Source of the DNA: Eremomyces bilateralis CBS 781.70
Lineage: Eukaryota
DNA length: 64,000 bases
Strand: one strand, 5' to 3'
Assembly (NCBI GenBank): GCA_010015585.1
Contig: ML975160.1
In this document: positions 14,671 to 26,133 of the stretch, piece by piece
Position numbering within the stretch: position 1 is the first letter of the stretch
Layout of the letters: each line of letters begins with the position of its first letter
The notes under the pieces: generated by a model
Database searches by the model: none
Told to the model about the DNA's origin: nothing
The model's input: only the letters and a program-made list of their open reading frames with translations
Position numbers and translations under genes: made by a program

Positions 14671-15070
14671 TTGATGCGACTTATTGGCTGTGTTATGTCC
14701 GAATGTCAGTGGATCTTTCCAAGAATGCAACGAGCATACACTGTCACAGTTTTTATATGTCTCCAGGAGAGGCGTATTAAGTTGTCAATTGCTTTGTGGA
14801 TGTACTCTCGTCTTATATACAACATTTTGGAGTAGAATATATGCAATGTGAAAGCCCACATTATTTCGCGGCTCTTTCAATGTACCGAACAAACCAATTT
14901 TTGGATACAATGCATAACAACGGAACTTGAGACAATCTTTTCTTGTGAAAGCCAGTGTTTTGCATTAGAATAATATGTTTAGGCCAACAAAAAAGGACTT
15001 TCATAAGACAGTTTCATGGAGAAAGGTAAGACGGAACTCAGGAGTGTTATTCCGGAATGAAGCATGAATA

Positions 15071-17323
15071 CTAACAAGCAATGCCTAGTGGCGCTGCAGT
15101 GATTGAATGACGCCAGCTTCTCAGACCACCCAGCCTTTTAGAAAGCGGACGCTTTCTGCGGAGACTGGAAGGTTTCAAGAATCCTCCGGCCAAGCCCGTC
15201 TGCTCGTCCTTCCATACCCCATCAACCCACTGCACGTGATGGCTTCCATCAAGTAGACCCTGACAAACCAAATTATGTTTGACCTTCATCCAATCACCGA
15301 AAAAGGCGTGAGTTCTAATATCATTGCCTTTGGTGATTCCGTGGCCCAGAGTGACCGCTTTGATGCTGCCTATGCGAACAGCATGGGCGTCCGGGTCGGG
15401 GGAGTGGTTGAGTAAGAGAGAATAGACGGGACATGCTACCGTCCTCGTCTCTTCGGCAATGTCTATGGGAAAAGCCCACTGACCTTCCGCAGAACAGACC
15501 GGGTGCCAGGGTGTAATCCAGAGGTTTCCGATCCGACAAAGCTTCTGGCGTCGTATTCTAGTTCCAACAATGGCTTTGATAGTATTGAATCCAGCCGGCG
15601 TCCATACGGACATACCTGGGCGCAAGGAACGCACTGGAACATTGCGTCCGTTGGATAACTGGATGAGGCAGTGGCCGGCAAAACAGGAACTATTGAAATT
15701 TCTGTACCTGGACATGCGCAAGGGAGTGTACGGAGGTGGTGCACCGAGTCCGCGGGTACGGCCAGTTGTTTGTGCGGGACGAGGGGAAGATTTCGGCGCC
15801 GGCAGGTTGTCAAAAATTTCATCCAGCTGATCTCGGCATCTGATGAACACGGGGGATTCGGATCCATATTGCAACGGCCCTGAGTCCTTGAACGAATTAC
15901 ACACTTGGCGGGAATGTGCAGATAAGAGGGAACGAAGATAATGTGCCCCCCATTTCTGCCAATATGTCCCATGAGACAGTGCGGTTTTGACTTGCCCCAT
16001 CGGCTCCGGTCCACACAAGTCATTGAATAACGATGTGTTCAGTGGATCATTAAGCCCTGAACAGTTGATGTCAGTGGCTAGTTCTTCCAGGTCGAGCAGC
16101 GCATCGGCAGGATCGTCAACAGCTTTGTATTCCCCGTTGGCGGATGCAGGAAACAAGGAAGAGATCATGTGGCAGAAGCGAGTACGGAACCGCTGGTACT
16201 GGCAGTACTCGTCTGGAAGAGAAGATCTCTGGGATAATGATGTAGCGGTGGTCAACTCAAGTCTTTCCATAGAAGGTCCACGGCAGCGCAGCGATACCTG
16301 GATAGTAGAGGACAGTCGGGGCTGTTTGCCACCGTAGGCTAGAACAATATCACGAGATTGTCCGTATTGTAGATTCCCAATCTTTAATCGGGCACCGCCA
16401 ATTTGAGTTGCCGTGGCAGCAACCATGCCTCGGAAATCCAGGGCCAATTCGGGGGATGTGATAAAGGTCAATGATGCAGCCGCAGCAAACGTATTGAAAA
16501 GGTTAGCCATCGCATGAACGAACACCGTCCCAATCATTCCGGCGTCAGGAATGTAAGCGTACGAGCCGTTGCCCTCCTCGGCAATGCACTGGAGCAATCC
16601 CGAACGCAAGTTGTATCCAAATCCGAAAGTGTTGATGGTGATCGGAGGGATCCCCTTCTTCGCCATTCTGTTCAGAATCGGTATCAATTTGGGAAGGTAA
16701 CCTTGCGGGGGGCACATATGGTTCGGCTGCCCATCCGTAAGAACAATCAGCGCGGGGACATTGCCATCTACAGCGTGGCCGTCCTCGAACAATTTCAGCC
16801 CCTCCCGAATACCTCCCCAGAGATTCGTGCTCATTTTGGGGTGAAGCTGCTCGATTCGATCGATGGTTGATTTCTTATTTCCATTGGTCATGGGAAGTCT
16901 CGACTGGACGACTTCAGGATGGGTGTGAAATGACACGATTCCCAAGCGGTCGTCATCTGCTAAGGATGCAATGATAACCTTCGCGGCATGTTTGACCAAG
17001 TCAAGCACGCATAATCCAGTATCCTCCGACTGATTGGACCCGTTCGGTGGCAAAGGAGCACTATCGCCCATGCTTCCTGAGATATCGATAACCAAAACGA
17101 CATCGCACGGGACATGTGTCTGGGAGGAGGAGTTCGGCGGCGACATTGGTGGCTTCACTCTGACCAGCACGGCATCTCCTTCTGGGAGCGGGTGCAACTC
17201 TAGTTGAGCCTTTGCGTCACTCAACTTCGACTGGATAGGTAGTATGTGTCCATTCGTCATTTCCGGGTGAGCCTGGCTCTCCGGCTTCAAGGCCTGAATG
17301 TAATTTGCAATTAAGGCTACCAT
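15071..17323 (-). CDS. Vint protein: von Willebrand A domain + Vwaint + C-terminal Hedgehog/intein (Hint) domain
   Basis: Intronless 750 aa. MIDAS DISGS...T...LTDG; Vwaint-like 'WQKWGAHYLRSLLSAHSRQVCNSFKD'; Hint begins CFAG (Cys547), block B ITPWHPV, then VYSLLL and VTLGHG, followed by HAFFG. Confidence 0.9.
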   Translation of the reverse strand: MVALIANYIQALKPESQAHPEMTNGHILPIQSKLSDAKAQLELHPLPEGDAVLVRVKPPMSPPNSSSQTHVPCDVVLVIDISGSMGDSAPLPPNGSNQSEDTGLCVLDLVKHAAKVIIASLADDDRLGIVSFHTHPEVVQSRLPMTNGNKKSTIDRIEQLHPKMSTNLWGGIREGLKLFEDGHAVDGNVPALIVLTDGQPNHMCPPQGYLPKLIPILNRMAKKGIPPITINTFGFGYNLRSGLLQCIAEEGNGSYAYIPDAGMIGTVFVHAMANLFNTFAAAASLTFITSPELALDFRGMVAATATQIGGARLKIGNLQYGQSRDIVLAYGGKQPRLSSTIQVSLRCRGPSMERLELTTATSLSQRSSLPDEYCQYQRFRTRFCHMISSLFPASANGEYKAVDDPADALLDLEELATDINCSGLNDPLNTSLFNDLCGPEPMGQVKTALSHGTYWQKWGAHYLRSLLSAHSRQVCNSFKDSGPLQYGSESPVFIRCRDQLDEIFDNLPAPKSSPRPAQTTGRTRGLGAPPPYTPLRMSRYRNFNSSCFAGHCLIQLSNGRNVPVRSLRPGMSVWTPAGFNTIKAIVGTRIRRQKLCRIGNLWITPWHPVCSAEGQWAFPIDIAEETRTVACPVYSLLLNHSPDPDAHAVRIGSIKAVTLGHGITKGNDIRTHAFFGDWMKVKHNLVCQGLLDGSHHVQWVDGVWKDEQTGLAGGFLKPSSLRRKRPLSKRLGGLRSWRHSITAAPLGIAC

Positions 17324-18573
17324 TTTGCCGAGAAAAGAAAGGGAGCCACAGTGACAGGATGCGAGATAAGATAGACTAAGATAGCGAATCTAGATTCAAG
17401 GGACATCATACCAAAGGACTTCGTGGCATCAACGACATGAAGAGGGATATTAAATACCTATCAAACTGCTTGCCTTATCCTATAAAACTAGGAGAGACGA
17501 TACCGCGCCGCAAATGCGGTAGACGCCGAAGCCTATCGGCTCGTACTCGAGATGCGCCCCTCTGAGGCTTACCTGGAGAGGGCTCGAGACTCGCACGACG
17601 GTGAAGGGGACTGGGCAGTGAACAATAAACGCTAATTGAATAGTATAGACATATCGTGGATGTTGAATTTAGAGGTGCAGCATTAGCGGGCCGGGAGCAG
17701 AGACATAACAGCAGGGACTGCAGCCAAACCTGAGCGAGGAGACAAGACATCAGGGTGGCTTTGTGGAGGGGCTCCAGGCGGCAGCGCATCTCTCGAGGGG
17801 CAGCCGGTTAGAGCATCTGGATTCTGATCAGAGGAACCATTTTCAAACCTCAATTACGGCCTGCCATCGTTTATCAATGCAGGCTGGGTCAATCCAGGTG
17901 GATACTCTGTCCTAGGGTATTCTGTCCCAGCACTTGCCTATTGTAGGCTTCTACGGTCACCAGGCGTGTGGCTGAGGCGATTCAGGGGCTGGTGTCTGCA
18001 GTGCCTCTCTGACTTCGACGTGGAGTGCTCATCTGGTATGTGCCGAGCCAGGACTGTAGGTGTCAGATGCCAGTAAAGTTCCAGGTTAGATTGCGTTTCT
18101 ATGGGGATTCAATCAGAAGGGTCTTGTCATCGGCTTGCTGGTTGCCCAAGCCCTAATACTCCCTTGATATCAGAGATGACTTTGTTGAAGAAGATTTCGC
18201 TGGTGGTGGGGTGCACGTGACCGAGATCTCCCTTCATCGTATTTTCACAACAGCTCAAGTGCGATCGCATGTTTGTCGTTTTTGGGAAGTTCTGAAGCCT
18301 CAGAGACCATTTTCCAGCCCCCCTAAGAAGCCAGGAGCCGTCAACTGAGACTCGACCGGCGGACGTCCTGGTTAAAGGTGGTCGTCGCAACCGAAGGGCT
18401 CACCTGAGGGCTCAACACGAGCATCACACGATTTGTGCAGGGTCGATCAATACCGTTCATCCCTTGGATTTCTTGTTGCGAGGAAGAATATCCAGCATGA
18501 TTAACAGCGTCTTTGTATGAGAACGTCCTGTTTCGAGTGAAAACTTTTAATCCCCGTCGAAATTCCACTCACA

Positions 18574-19816
18574 ATGAGCCATCACCCATCATGGACGGCG
18601 TCCTTCGAGTCGCGAGCACTTGCGCCAGCAACACCCCCCCTAACCTCATATCTCCTTCGCCTCATGACGATCAAGAAGTCCAATCTTTGCTTTTCTGCGG
18701 ATGTCACAACAACTTCCGAACTGTTGGCCGTAGCCGAAGAAGTTGGACAGAGTATCTGCTTGCTCAAAACTCATGCGGACATTATTTCCGACTTTGGAGA
18801 CCGGACGGTGCGGGGGTTACGGGATATCGCGAAACGGAAAGGGTTCTTAGTGTTTGAGGATCGGAAACTTGGAGATATTGGAAGTACGCGGTTCAACTCT
18901 AGCGGTTTGAAGGATGCTAACCCTTCTAGGCACTGTTCAAAGGCAATACACTAGCGGCCCTCTCTCGATAGCGAAATGGGCTGAGATCGTCAATGCGCAT
19001 ATCTTCCCAGGCCCAAGCATTGTCACTGCCCTTGCTTCAGCTGCTTCCGACGCCATCGCTGTATATAACACCGCCGTTCACACGGTCATCACCTCTGGGG
19101 AACCTTCTTCATCCGACACCGACAATGACCAAGACAAGCCAGATCCAAACAAACTCACGCGAACCATATCAGTTCCTTCGGGAGAGAAGAAAGTCCCGGA
19201 TGGAGACAATACCGGACAATTTGGAAGCCAATCGTCAGGTTCTGATCATCTCGATCCTACCAACGATGGAGCTGCCGAGAGAAAGGCTTCGATCGTGAAC
19301 ATCAGCACTACGATTTTCACACGAACCGAACGGATATCTCCTCAACCCACACCATTTCCATCTATGAGCTCGGCATCACCCGATCCATTGAAGGATTTGA
19401 AAGCGAAGCTAGGTCCAGCACCGTACCTTCGTGGACTACTCCTGCTTGCTCAAATGAGCTCGGAAGGGAATCTTCTTGACGAAGCCTACACAAACAAATG
19501 CCTGGAGGTAGCACGAGAGAACCGGAACTTTGTTCTTGGGTTCGTCGCCCAGCGGTCATTGAATACTCTTCCGGACGACAATTTCCTCGTCATGACACCG
19601 GGTGTGCAACTTCCAAAGGATTCGGAGACTGGCAAGGTGTCTGGGGATGGTTTGGGACAGCAATACAACGGACCAAGGCATGTCGTTGGCGAACTGGGCT
19701 GCGACATCATCATCGTCGGTAGAGGGATACTCAATGCAAAAGATCGAACGGCTGAAGCCGAGAGATACCGAAAAGCGGGGTGGGAAGCATACGAGGAGAG
19801 AATTGGGTTGAAATAG
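18574..19816 (+). CDS. URA3: Orotidine-5'-phosphate decarboxylase (long form, 398 aa)
   Basis: KSNLCFSAD, LKTHADII, catalytic FEDRKLGDIG, GDGLGQQY, DIIIVGRGI. Intron 18884-18929. Confidence 0.97.
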
Positions 19817-20889
19817 GCATTATCCAATCCAGCGTGGAAAGTTGTTTGGAGTTCCATGGTCATGAATCATGAATAGGACAGGTCTATTGTTCACGCAAGG
19901 TTTTTCAAGGACATAGTCGACCATTCAACGAATCAATATCACTCGAAGAATAGTGGCACGCAATACATGTTCCAATCAATAATTACGTTCTGCCCCAAGT
20001 CTTGAGGAGCAGTCGTACTCAATCGATGGTTTATTCTCCGTCCCTGAAGCCTTGGAGGCTCATCCAGCTCGAAATATTTCATCAGAATATTGAAAGACTG
20101 AGCGAGGAGCGAGACGGAAATCTTTCAACCGTTAACACGGCCATACCAACTCTATAGGCTATTGAAGCGTTCATTCGGCGACGAAAAAACCCAAACAAGC
20201 GCTCAAGAGAATCCGTCGATTCGTGAGCAGCCGTTCTCATTTCTCAACAGTCGAGAGCTTCACATTGTAGCAGGGTTAAGCAAAACGGTCACAATGGACA
20301 AGTCAGTCAACTCGAGATGATGCGTTCCACTGGAGAGCCATTGCAGCAAGCAATATGGTCAATGAAGATGTTCCACAGCCAGGCAGGTGTGAAAGACGAG
20401 ATCTTCAAAGATTTCATGCACGGTTGATGGGTCCTTCGGTTAGGAGTCAAGGATTTCCGCCTCAGGCAATAATTTCAGCACGTGATTGATTCCCTGATAT
20501 CAATCCATATTCGTATGCGGTTTTCGTTTGCGGTCAAACAAACATCCTCAACTCCTCAACTCCTCAACTATATTAGAACCTCCTGTCCCTTAGAGCACGG
20601 CCTGGCTGATATACGCGGTGAGAAGTTCCGGACGGCGCGTGGAACTGGGAAAGTTGCCAAAGCGACGACCAAGTTGGGGCAGACGGAAGCCAACGTCCAG
20701 GCAGGAATTGCGCCGGAGACCGGGCTCACTTCGAGGGATAGAAAATTCTATCGGAAGCTTGGGTTGTTGTAGTTCTCAAGGTACTGGGGACTGGAGAGGT
20801 CGATCGTGTCATTCTTACTATGTAATTCTTCATGAAAGTGGAAGTTAGGAGGGTTTGGAGTTTTGACTATTCCTCTAACATGCTGGGTC

Positions 20890-21536
20890 AAATGAAGATC
20901 CCCAACGTCCAATCGGTATGATTTCCTTGGAAGATCCCGCGGTGCAGTCAAAAGGTCTCGGTGACAGGGTGGCGTGCTGGGAGGGCGGAATGGGGAGATG
21001 TGCCGAGTAATCGTGTACGACGCTCAGTGCGTGAGAAGGAAAACCACAAAGTATGAATCTGATCCAGCTCCGTTTCTTGCTGGTGACACTCAAGTCGAGA
21101 ATGTGGAGGAGGGTAGTGGCGTGCTTGATTCCTCAGATAGCCAATTGCCTTATGGTAGGCGAGGAGAGCATCAGATGGCTTAATCATGTATGGATTTGTT
21201 TGTGTACCGTATCAAAATGAATCAGATTGGAATGGAGAGACTTCGATATTCAAACCATGTAATGCAAGTCTAAAGATATCAGAGTGAGGATGTAGGCCTC
21301 GGGCTGCATACTAGCACGTATGGACTCCGTAATAATGCATTCGATTCATAAGGCTCAAGCGAACTTGCCTAGAAGAAACAGACGGGATCCATCAATCTCG
21401 TTCTGAGTTGATTGTGAACTTGTGATTGTCTGACTGTTCAGATATTATGCTGGGATATAAAATGAACGTCCCTAACGTCCAATCGGTATCATCTCCTTGG
21501 AAGATCCGCGGTGTAGCCCAAACGTCTCGGTGACAG
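20890..21536 (+). repeat. Imperfect direct repeat, two copies of ~78 bp (20890-20967 and 21460-21536)
   Basis: Manual alignment gives about 10 differences in 78 columns; shared core AACGTCCAATCGGTAT..TCCTTGGAAGATCC..GTCTCGGTGACAG. Confidence 0.9.
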
Positions 21537-21752
21537 CGCGACCTCGGCTTCGCTCCGACGCTCAGTTCCGTCATCACAAGCCCACCCATGTCTCACCCAT
21601 TATTATTGCATCGCGGCGAGTATCTAAAATCACACGATCCCTGTGCCTGGATATTCGGAGATCTTTGGAATACTTGATACGCGACTCGCTCGAGATCTTC
21701 AGAATTCGTTGACATCTTGCCCCGTTGTCTTCGCATACCAAGATCCAACATT

Positions 21753-23000
21753 ATGTCCACTCTGATCAAACCCCCACCAGTGGACGTCGAGAAGTCCAGG
21801 ATCGAGAATGTTCTCGAGCTGACACAGTTAACCCCTATTGACCCGGTACGTAGATGATTTGGCGCGCCGAGTCGTACTGCTGCTATGGACGCTTGAAGCA
21901 CCTACTAACCTTCGCAGGACCTCTATACGAATACCCGACCTTTATGGCATCCACCTGGTGCTCGAGGGATCTATGGCGGTGCCGTGATCGCACAATGTCT
22001 TGCTGCCGCCCAAAAGACCGTTCCTCCCGATTTCTATATCCATAGCATGCACTGCTACTTCGTATTGGCTGGAAACAGCAATATCCCGATCATCTACCAT
22101 GTCGAACACGTCCGAGAAGGCCGCAGCTTTTGTACTCGGACCGTCCAAGCGCGTCAGAATGCGAAACCGATCTTTACCACAACTATGAGCTTCGCTCGAG
22201 AAGGATCGGGTGGAAAGAATGTTGTCAAGCATGAGCAGAACATGCCTACGGATATTGCTGAAATGGGGCCGCCTCCCGATGATCACCAAGGAGACGAAAC
22301 CGGAGGAGGGGAACAAAGTCCGTTCGTCAGTCAGAGGTTGAGGATTTTGAACAGTACGTTATCTTTGCGCGTGTCATCCTATTCGCTAACCCTCGATCAT
22401 AGAGGAATCCAATCCGCACGAGAAGAAGGTTCGCCAATGGATCAAAGCCCGGGGCAAAATCTCACCGAAAGGAGGACATGAAGCGCATCTTTCCGCCCTC
22501 GCATACATGTCGGACTCCTACTTCATCGGAACGATTGCCCGAGTTCATAACCTTTGGCGATTCGCCCCCGGCCGGGAACGGAAACAACCGCCATCTATTG
22601 ACGAGGAGACTTTGCGGAAGCTTCTGGCTGCGGATGAGGAGACGATCGAGAAGGTCAAGAACATGCCCGGAGTCAACGCAAAAGTCCTCGAGAGTCTTCA
22701 GAAACCACGCGAAAAGCGTCCGGAAGTTGGCATGATGGTCAGCTTGGATCATACCATCTATTTCCATCGTCCTCGAGATTTCATGGCCGACGATTGGATC
22801 TTAGCAGAGATGGAGAGCCCTTGGGCGGGAGACGGAAGAGGTTTGGTGTTGCAAAAGATGTACACCAAGGATGGAAAGTTGATTGCGACTTGTGTCCAAG
22901 AGGTGAGTTTTTGTCTCCGGCCTGGATAACTCATGGGACCATGCTAATAAAGTATTAGGGTGTCGTAAGGTTACGGCCGGACTCTGAGAGCAAGCTTTGA
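21753..23000 (+). CDS. TES1: Peroxisomal acyl-CoA thioesterase II (TesB/ACOT8 family)
   Basis: RGIYGGAVIAQCL, HSMHCYFVLAG, LAYMSDSYFI, VSLDHTIYFH, ATCVQEG. Three introns. The last exon ends ...DSESKL* (PTS1). Confidence 0.93.
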
Positions 23001-23709
23001 TTGATTTTCTCTGTTTGTTTGTGCATATAGATCGGTGCGCAATTTCCTTTTCCGATAGACCATCTGGGTAGAATGGGGAGGATGTGGGATTGAACCGGCG
23101 TTGAATATAGAGGGAATATGTACTCTCACTATCGCAATAAGTTCCAATCCTCAAATCATTGGTTTCGTATCTCCCCACCATGGCGATTTTGTTAGATGGT
23201 CAAGGCAGCGTTAGCAAGCAGGAAGAATATAAAGTCACCCGGGACATGAATTTCCCTCGAGCGTTCATAATTATCGCCTCAGACGTGGACTTCGAGAGTC
23301 AAAAACACCTGGGGAAGAGCTTCTGATACATCCCAAGCTCCTAGGCTAGGACGATGCCGATTATGAAACATGGAAACTTATTCGCCCATTGTAGATCGGA
23401 AGCTTATTTGCTACACAGTGAACTTGTATTGCTGTTGAATCCAAGACGGGAGACAACTGACAAGCCATTGTTGGCCACCGGGTCGCCTCATCGTCCCGAA
23501 CCCGAGACGCTGCAGGGTGATAGTGCCTCGGCATCTCTGTGACGATCAATGGCAATACATCTTTCCACTCACAATTTCAATCGGCTCATGCGGTGAATAC
23601 AATAACATCTTGATCCTTAGCTGTATATTCTTCAACGTAAACTACACTCGAAATCTCTGGCACTTTCTCACAACCACATATACTACCTACCCTCTTCGAA
23701 TCTATCGCA

Positions 23710-24784
23710 ATGGCCGCAGAAGCACAAGCTCAATCCGAACTCAAGGTCAGATTCTTCTACATGTCCAATCCACATCGCGCGTACTAAAGGCGATTCAAGG
23801 ACTTCGGTGGTATATTCCGTCTCGATGGGAAAGTTGCTGTGATCAGTGGAGGGTCTCGAGGACTAGGTCTACACGCTGCATCGGGGTAAGTAATCAGCCA
23901 AGCCGCAATACCATGGTCTAATGCAGTTTAGTCTACTCCAAGCTGGGTGCTCCAAGGTCTTCATCACCTCCAGAAAGGCACAAGCATGCCAGGAGGCTTG
24001 CGATGCTCTCAATGCCCTTACAAACAAAGCTCCTGGAGCCATTGCAATCCCGGTACCGGCAGATTCGTCCAAGGTATCCGAAATCGAACGCTTGGTCAAA
24101 GAGGTCGAGAAACATACCGACCATGTCGATATCCTTTTCGCCAACGCCGGTGCCACGTGGGGAGAGAAGTTCGAAACACATCCAGATAGTGCCTTCGCCA
24201 AGGTGATGGATTTGAACGTCAAGAGCGTTTTCAGCACCATTCAAAAGTAAGTGGACGAGTTCCTGCAGCCTACCCAAGCCCTCCAATCCTCTATCAGACG
24301 ACTGCATCTTAGCCATGGTTCTGTCTTGTAAAGGCCCTGACATGGTGGACTCAGGTTCGCCCCTCTCCTTCAAAAGCGCGCAACATTGGAGGAGCCATCA
24401 AGGGCAATTGCAACGGCATCTGTTGCCGGTCTTCGAATCGGTACTTTGGGCAACAACGCGACTTATGGATACTCGGCAAGCAAGGCCGCAGTGATCCATT
24501 TGATGAACAACTTGGCGGTCGAACTTGGCCCCCGTCATATCCTCTGCAATTCTCTCGCTCCTGGGTTCTTCCCTTCCAAGATGGCAAGTGGCTTGATGGG
24601 CCTGATCGGGGGTGAGGAGAAGCTAGCCAAGACCAACCCGAATGGGCGGCTGGGTCGTCCAGAGGATATCGCGGCGGCGGTGGTGTTCTTGAGCAGCCGA
24701 GCTGGAAGCCACGTCAACGGGGCTCATCTCGTAATCGATGGTGGCGTGCACCAAGGCAGGATTGGAGGATTGCCGAACTTGTAG
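23710..24784 (+). CDS. Short-chain dehydrogenase/reductase (RhlG/FabG-like)
   Basis: KVAVISGGSRGLG cofactor motif, ANAG, catalytic YSASK, LAPGFFPSKM, GRLGRPED. Three introns. Confidence 0.92.
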
Positions 24785-26133
24785 GTTCAACCGCTGTATG
24801 TTGGGCTATGGGGGTGGAGGACCGGTTGGAGAATCGGGCGGAAGGGAGCGGGATCGACGGTTGTTCTCCGCGACAGTGGATATGGTCGATTATGCTATGC
24901 AACGAAGCGTATGTCAGACACCCATTGAACCTTGGATTTCGCGATTGAGGATTTGTAGCCGGATTGAGTGACAGTTGCGGAGAATGCGCTTCCGGTTGTT
25001 AGACGTGTATACAGACTGCGAATGGTTTTAAGCACCACTCCGGGCGAGGAGTCCTGAGGTGTCACGTTCCCACACCCTGGTGCGATTGAATAGACCCAAG
25101 GACAATTCGTGTAAAGGGCATTAAGCAATTGTGGCTCCTGGATGGCCATGAAATCATGTTTGAAGCCAATCGCGAGGATTGTTCCTGTAGAAGCACTTCA
25201 GCAGCACCAGATTTGAGTCATCAGCACCATCATGACCTCATAAGCGACATAGATGGATACGAGAAATGACTCTATTGAATAATATGTGCAAAGATTCCAT
25301 TGCCAAGTGAGACGTGGAGATGGTGAGATATTCAAGATTCATAACCAGATCGAAGATGGAAATGGAGCCAATGATATGATCCATAAAGGGCACGAGTGGA
25401 GCAACAACAGCCGCCAACCCGTCAACTCGCCACTCGACTGTGACGCGGCGGAGATTCGGCACGAGAGACTGTAAAGAGAGACTTGGCCTTCAACAATCAA
25501 CATGGTTCATCCGGGGTGGAAGAATTTAATTGCCCTTCGCCTTCGACGTGCACCTCTACTCTCCAGCCTACTAAACCGGAGAATCGTATCGTCTTCTTAA
25601 ATTCAAAGGAATACAAAGGGGGAACTTGATGTCTTTGAGAAAGGTAATAGGAAGCGAAGCCGGTAACGATTAAGAGTCCTCGACGCCATGGGGGTATGCT
25701 TCAAATTTCCATGCTATCGTGGCTATCAATTTCTTCCTCCCCATGGTTGAACTCATTGAAGGTTGATAAGTGACGGCAGCGGCGGGGAATTGGTGGGAAT
25801 AAGTGTTTAGGGATTGCACAATTGGACGGTTGATTGGCCCTCGGGGATTTCCGGGAATGCCGGCGCATCTCCATAAGACCGTAACCATAGCTGCTGAACC
25901 ATGAACGGCACAATTCCTGAACAATTCCTGAACTGTTGAACCCTCGTGATCTTGAACCCTCTCTCTGATTTTTCTTTAGTCTACCAACCAAATCCTTCAT
26001 AGATTATCATCACGTACATCAATTCTTAATTGATTCGATTCATCCATCGTCATCCTCCCTTATTCCGTCTTTTCCTCCTTTTCCTCCTTTTCCTCTTTGA
26101 TTTCTCTCTCTACTCCCTCGTCCATCGCTCAAA

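Noticed and set aside
15071..15685. Hint domain as a mobile intein
   Set aside because: No terminal His-Asn plus nucleophile, no homing endonuclease and no interrupted host protein; it fits the Vint architecture.
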